Shown: piece after piece, positions 60,213 to 64,000 of the stretch
Layout: every line of letters begins with the position of its first letter
Position numbering within the stretch: the first letter of the stretch is position 1
Position numbers and translations under genes: made by a program
From: Macrostomum lignano
Taxonomy: Eukaryota
Direction: 5' to 3'
Assembly (NCBI GenBank): GCA_002269645.1
Contig: NIVC01001518.1
Location: forward strand, 124,001 to 188,000
DNA: 64,000 bases
Notes under the pieces: model-generated
Database searches by the model: none
Seen by the model: only the letters and a program-made list of their open reading frames with translations
Told to the model about the DNA's origin: nothing

Positions 60213-60863
60213 ATGCCACTTAAAGTCTTCAGACTTGCCGCTTCTGCTATCGTATTGTTTGCGTGCATTGGTAAGCTAATTTAGCATTTTGACTATATGG
60301 AAATATGTGCTTTGTTTTTATTATACGAGTTATTGCATGTGTAATTTACTGTGTAATTTATTAATTTGTCTGTTCCAGCCGTGACCAACAGTTTTGAGTG
60401 CTATGAATACGGGGGTGACAAGACTGACACCTCTAGATCTGATGACTGCAATCCGACACAAAAAACCAACAACCACAAAATTCTAACTTTCCAAATTTTC
60501 CTATCGTAAAGCAACCAAACCAAAACCAACAGAAAATTAAAAGCTGTTTTCGTATGCACGGCTATCTAGATGGCAAATATTTCGTGAGTCAGCTGCGTAC
60601 CACTGAGTCTGACAAATTTCCTGAGCAATTTAGTACTGAAGACTCCAGTTAACAGTCATTTACCTCACTTTTTAGGTTGATGGAGGTTGTGGAAGTGTAA
60701 TTATTTAATACCCGGGTTTGACAAGTTCAGCACCACGATCACGTGCAGCTCGTGCACTTCTGACAAATGCAACTCGGCCAGTAGAAAAAGCAGCCTCTCG
60801 ACTGCAGCCGCTATCAGTTTTGCCGCCTGCCTGCTCTGGCTGCTCAACTTCACTGCTGCCTAA
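60213..60863 (+). pseudogene. Ly6/uPAR-like GPI-anchored protein gene, disrupted
   Basis: Exon 1 (60213-60270) MPLKVFRLAASAIVLFACI. Exon 2 (60379-60583) FECYEY..DC..[stop, frame break]..SCFRMHGYLDGKYF. Exon 3 (60676-60863) GGCGS[-1 nt]CNYL...TCSSCTSDKCN plus hydrophobic tail. Confidence 0.7.
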
Positions 60864-61194
60864 ATTCCAGCTGGATAAAAAAATAAATAAATCCTTATTT
60901 TTCAATGCAGAATCCGCCAAAAAACAAACTACGAGCGTATAAATGATAGCATTTGGTTCAATAAAAAACAAGAGCAAATCTTCCTTTCCGTTTCAGAATG
61001 CATAAAAAAGCTATATAGTAAAACTCCACCTCAGAAATAAACGCTTTATTTGAACGAATTTATCGCGTAAAATTTGAGCTACACACAAGAAACATTTTTT
61101 GTCTTATTATTTTATTTGGAAGTTTTAAACAAATTCACTAAAATGTCACAAATCATGCATACTGGATTAAGATGATAGTTATGAGAGCGAGGTT

Positions 61195-61362
61195 TGCGCT
61201 ACTCTTGGCTGGACCTACTAGTCATGCACCTGGTGCCACCTGTTGAAGGTCCAGAAGCAGCTCCGCCTGGATGAAGGCGGGTGACACCAACGAGTTCGGA
61301 GCTGATGCGAACACATTTGGTCGACGTGCTGATGAAAGTTGGAGGCTTGGCATTACTGCAGC
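61195..61362 (-). repeat. Dispersed repeat (Penelope-like fragment), third copy
   Basis: Homologous to 31610-31790 and 46860-46990. Confidence 0.6.
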
Positions 61363-62905
61363 GCATTCGGCAGCTATATTCTGTCTGTATTGCCCCCCAC
61401 CCCCAAATATGCATTTGGTATGCAGTTACTATTAAAACGTTTTGATCGTGCAAATCTCTTATTAGGATTGCCTTTTATGACGTGCGTCATGTCGGTCGCT
61501 GAGCGTCGCAACACCTTGTAGGGTCGTTGATATGGCGCCTCGAGTGGTTGCTTAACTCTGTCAACTCGGAGCCACATAAACTCGCAGGACTCCAGCTCCG
61601 GAGGTATGTAGACAGGCTGCTGACGGGTCCGCGGCAGGCGGTACGGGAAAAAACAGGTCATGTAGTTGAGTCGACAGCTGACGCTGGTCGGCGTTATCAG
61701 TTGTAACCGGTGGAACTAGCGGCTGTTCTCCCGTGACGATTGAGAATGGCGAGTGACCCTGGTCGTCCGGGTTAATGCGCAATCCGAATAAAACGATGGG
61801 CAGCTGGTTAAGCCAGCACAAGCCGCGAGCTCTGAGGCTGGCCTTCAGTGTGCGATGAACTCGCTCGATCATACCGTTGGCCTTAGGATTATATGCGGCC
61901 GTGCGGATGTGATGGACGCCGAGAAGATTCACCAGGTTTACCATTAGTTCCGAGCGAAATTGAGCTCCATGGTCTGTGATGAGTATTAACGGTGGGCCAA
62001 ATCGACAAACCCAGTGGGCAACGAAGGCTTGTGCAACAACCGTACGGGTGATCGATTGCAATGGGATTGCTTCGACCCAGCGGGAGTACGAGTCCACGAT
62101 GGTTAGTAAATACCGCGGCTGGGTGCAGCTGTTTTAGTTGGGTCCGGCACCGGGAGCGGTCCGACTAAATCCATGTAGACCGTTGTGAACCGCTGTGTAG
62201 GTGCAGGCAGGTGGTGCAGTGGTCGACGAACATGACGACCGATTTTTGCTGATTGACATTGTGTGCATTCTGCAGTCCAGCGCTGTATGTCTGACTTCAT
62301 GCATGGTCAGAAAAAACGATGGGCGACTAAACGCAGTGTGGCCTTCACACCTGGGTGGGCGATGTCGTGCAGTGCTAGTACAATCTGACGACGCATGTGC
62401 TCTGGTATGAACGGTCGTGGGTTTCGTTGCCAAGTTTCGCAGTACAGGGGACAATCTGCTAACCCGACGTCGAATGGGTGGTAACGGTCACCGCTCGTGA
62501 GCCCCGCTTCTCGCTGTGCCTTGGCGATCGCAGGGAGATCTGCGGGCAACTGCAATATGTGCGCGTCTTCCGATTGAACAGTGTTGACTGCTCGCCAGGT
62601 TTGACGGTGTCTCGAGATAAGGTATCGGCGACCACGTTTTTGGTTCCCGGGATGTGAATGATGTCGATCACATATTCTGAGATGGTGGCCAACTGGCGCT
62701 GCTGCCAATCGGATAGGCGCTCCTTATTGCTGTTGAATGCACCGACTAACGGCTTGTGGTCGCTAAACACGGTCGTGGGTGGCCGTGAATGATGCGTCGC
62801 CATGTCTTGACGGCGGCAAACACGCCTAGAAGTTCACGGTCGAACGCGCTGTATGCCGTTTCCGCTTTGATGACCTTGCGTGAATACAACGCCTTCATTT
62901 TGGCG
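61363..62905 (-). mobile_element. Gypsy pol remnant (RNase H + integrase, CsRn1-like), frameshifted
   Basis: YSAFDRELL, SDHKPL, HIPGTKNVVADTLSR, LHDIAHPG, DSYSRWVEAIP, TDHGAQF, AYNPKANGMIER, LEAPYQRPYKVL. Confidence 0.88.
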
Positions 62906-63553
62906 ACGCGGGCACTCATTTTGGCGCCGCAGGAACTCATTTTTGCACCGCAGGAACTCTGGATATATTTGTATATTTGTCTGGAATAAGTAGAAAGTTT
63001 AAAAAGTACTACTGTAAAGTTGTAAAACTGCCAAAGTTGGTAGAAGAAACACAAAAGTTAATAAAAAATGTGCTTCACAAAAATAGTGCAGTACCATCGA
63101 AAAATATGACTAATTTTATTTTATTACACAAGAAAACACGCCTGAGGCTGAACCACAGGACAGGTTGACAGAGGAGCAAAATGGCATCGCGACTGGACAG
63201 TACGGCGATGAGGCGGCATGTACATGTAATCTGGATGATGAGCTCCCGGCCGTAACAATAAACAAACAGCGACTCGACATCGCCATTCAGGCTAATGCTG
63301 CTGCGCTCGATGCTACGGCAGCCACCAAGCTTTGTTACTAAGGAGCTGCTAATCGAACTAATAGGTATGAAGGCTTTTCAAACTTAATTTACAATGTCTG
63401 TCACTTCCTTGCAAATATAAAGAAGTGATTATCCTGATTTGAAGTTTTAGGTTTTGCAATTTTATAATAATAAAAGCGCACTAAAGGTTCGCCATTTATA
63501 AAAGTTAAAGTTCAACGGCACATTTATATTTGCTGTTTATTATCATATTTCAG

Positions 63554-63781
63554 GTCGTGATGCTCTTACATGCGACTCCGGCTCCTATATGCAAGGACTA
63601 CTTAAGTAGAAGGACGCAAGACTCAGAATTGGTGAAAATTTCATTGGAGGCCGATTTTTTCAATGTATCTCCTGTGTACGCTATTGATCGACAATCCTCC
63701 GCCAGTACTGAGGCACAGCTTGAAATGGCGAAGACGCTAGCTGTCCGCGGCGACTTACTCGACGAGCTGCTCGCCCCCTAG
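63554..63781 (+). CDS. Possible terminal exon of an unknown small protein
   Basis: Acceptor-like TTTCAG at 63548-63553, then 75 open codons; no recognisable domain and no upstream exon found. Confidence 0.2.
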   Translation, partial: VVMLLHATPAPICKDYLSRRTQDSELVKISLEADFFNVSPVYAIDRQSSASTEAQLEMAKTLAVRGDLLDELLAP

Positions 63782-64000
63782 AAGCTAAGTGTGTCAGCTA
63801 ACTGCATTCATTTGCAAAAAAATCTTATAACATAAAAAAATTTGGATATAAATGCGATTCCCAAAACACACTGCTTTTTTATTTCTTATTTTCTTCAGTT
63901 TCTACTTATAGACATATTGTGAATACATTCACGCATTCGCTCTTTCCCACGCGCATCTCCAACTGATCACTGTTCATTTTTCTTGCATTATGGTTAAAAT

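Overview
Eukaryotic (animal) genomic DNA. A free-living flatworm such as Macrostomum is a guess, based on the schistosome SULT-OR-type family expansion and the minisatellite-filled introns. Left part (1-25.3 kb), all on the minus strand: six intronless SULT-OR/Sulfotransfer_4-type sulfotransferase copies (intact, frameshifted or pseudogenised) with different tandem arrays in four of the five spacers, a 3-exon NDUFV1 gene, and a 6-exon PLAT+lipoxygenase gene whose iron ligands are largely substituted. Every intron holds a tandem-repeat array. The middle (25.3-31.6 kb) is AT-rich and contains MITEs, including two copies of a ~300-bp hAT-like MITE carrying a 64-nt piece of 28S rRNA (helix 69 / R2 / I-PpoI target region). 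The right part (31.6-64 kb) has three damaged Ly6/uPAR-like gene copies, the outer two bracketing a transposon nest: two LINE pieces, STPR repeats, a full-length Gypsy, a Penelope-like fragment, and a BEL/Pao element containing a second Gypsy. A MULE-like foldback follows it, and a Gypsy pol remnant lies beyond the last Ly6 copy. All alignments are by eye; no database searches were run.
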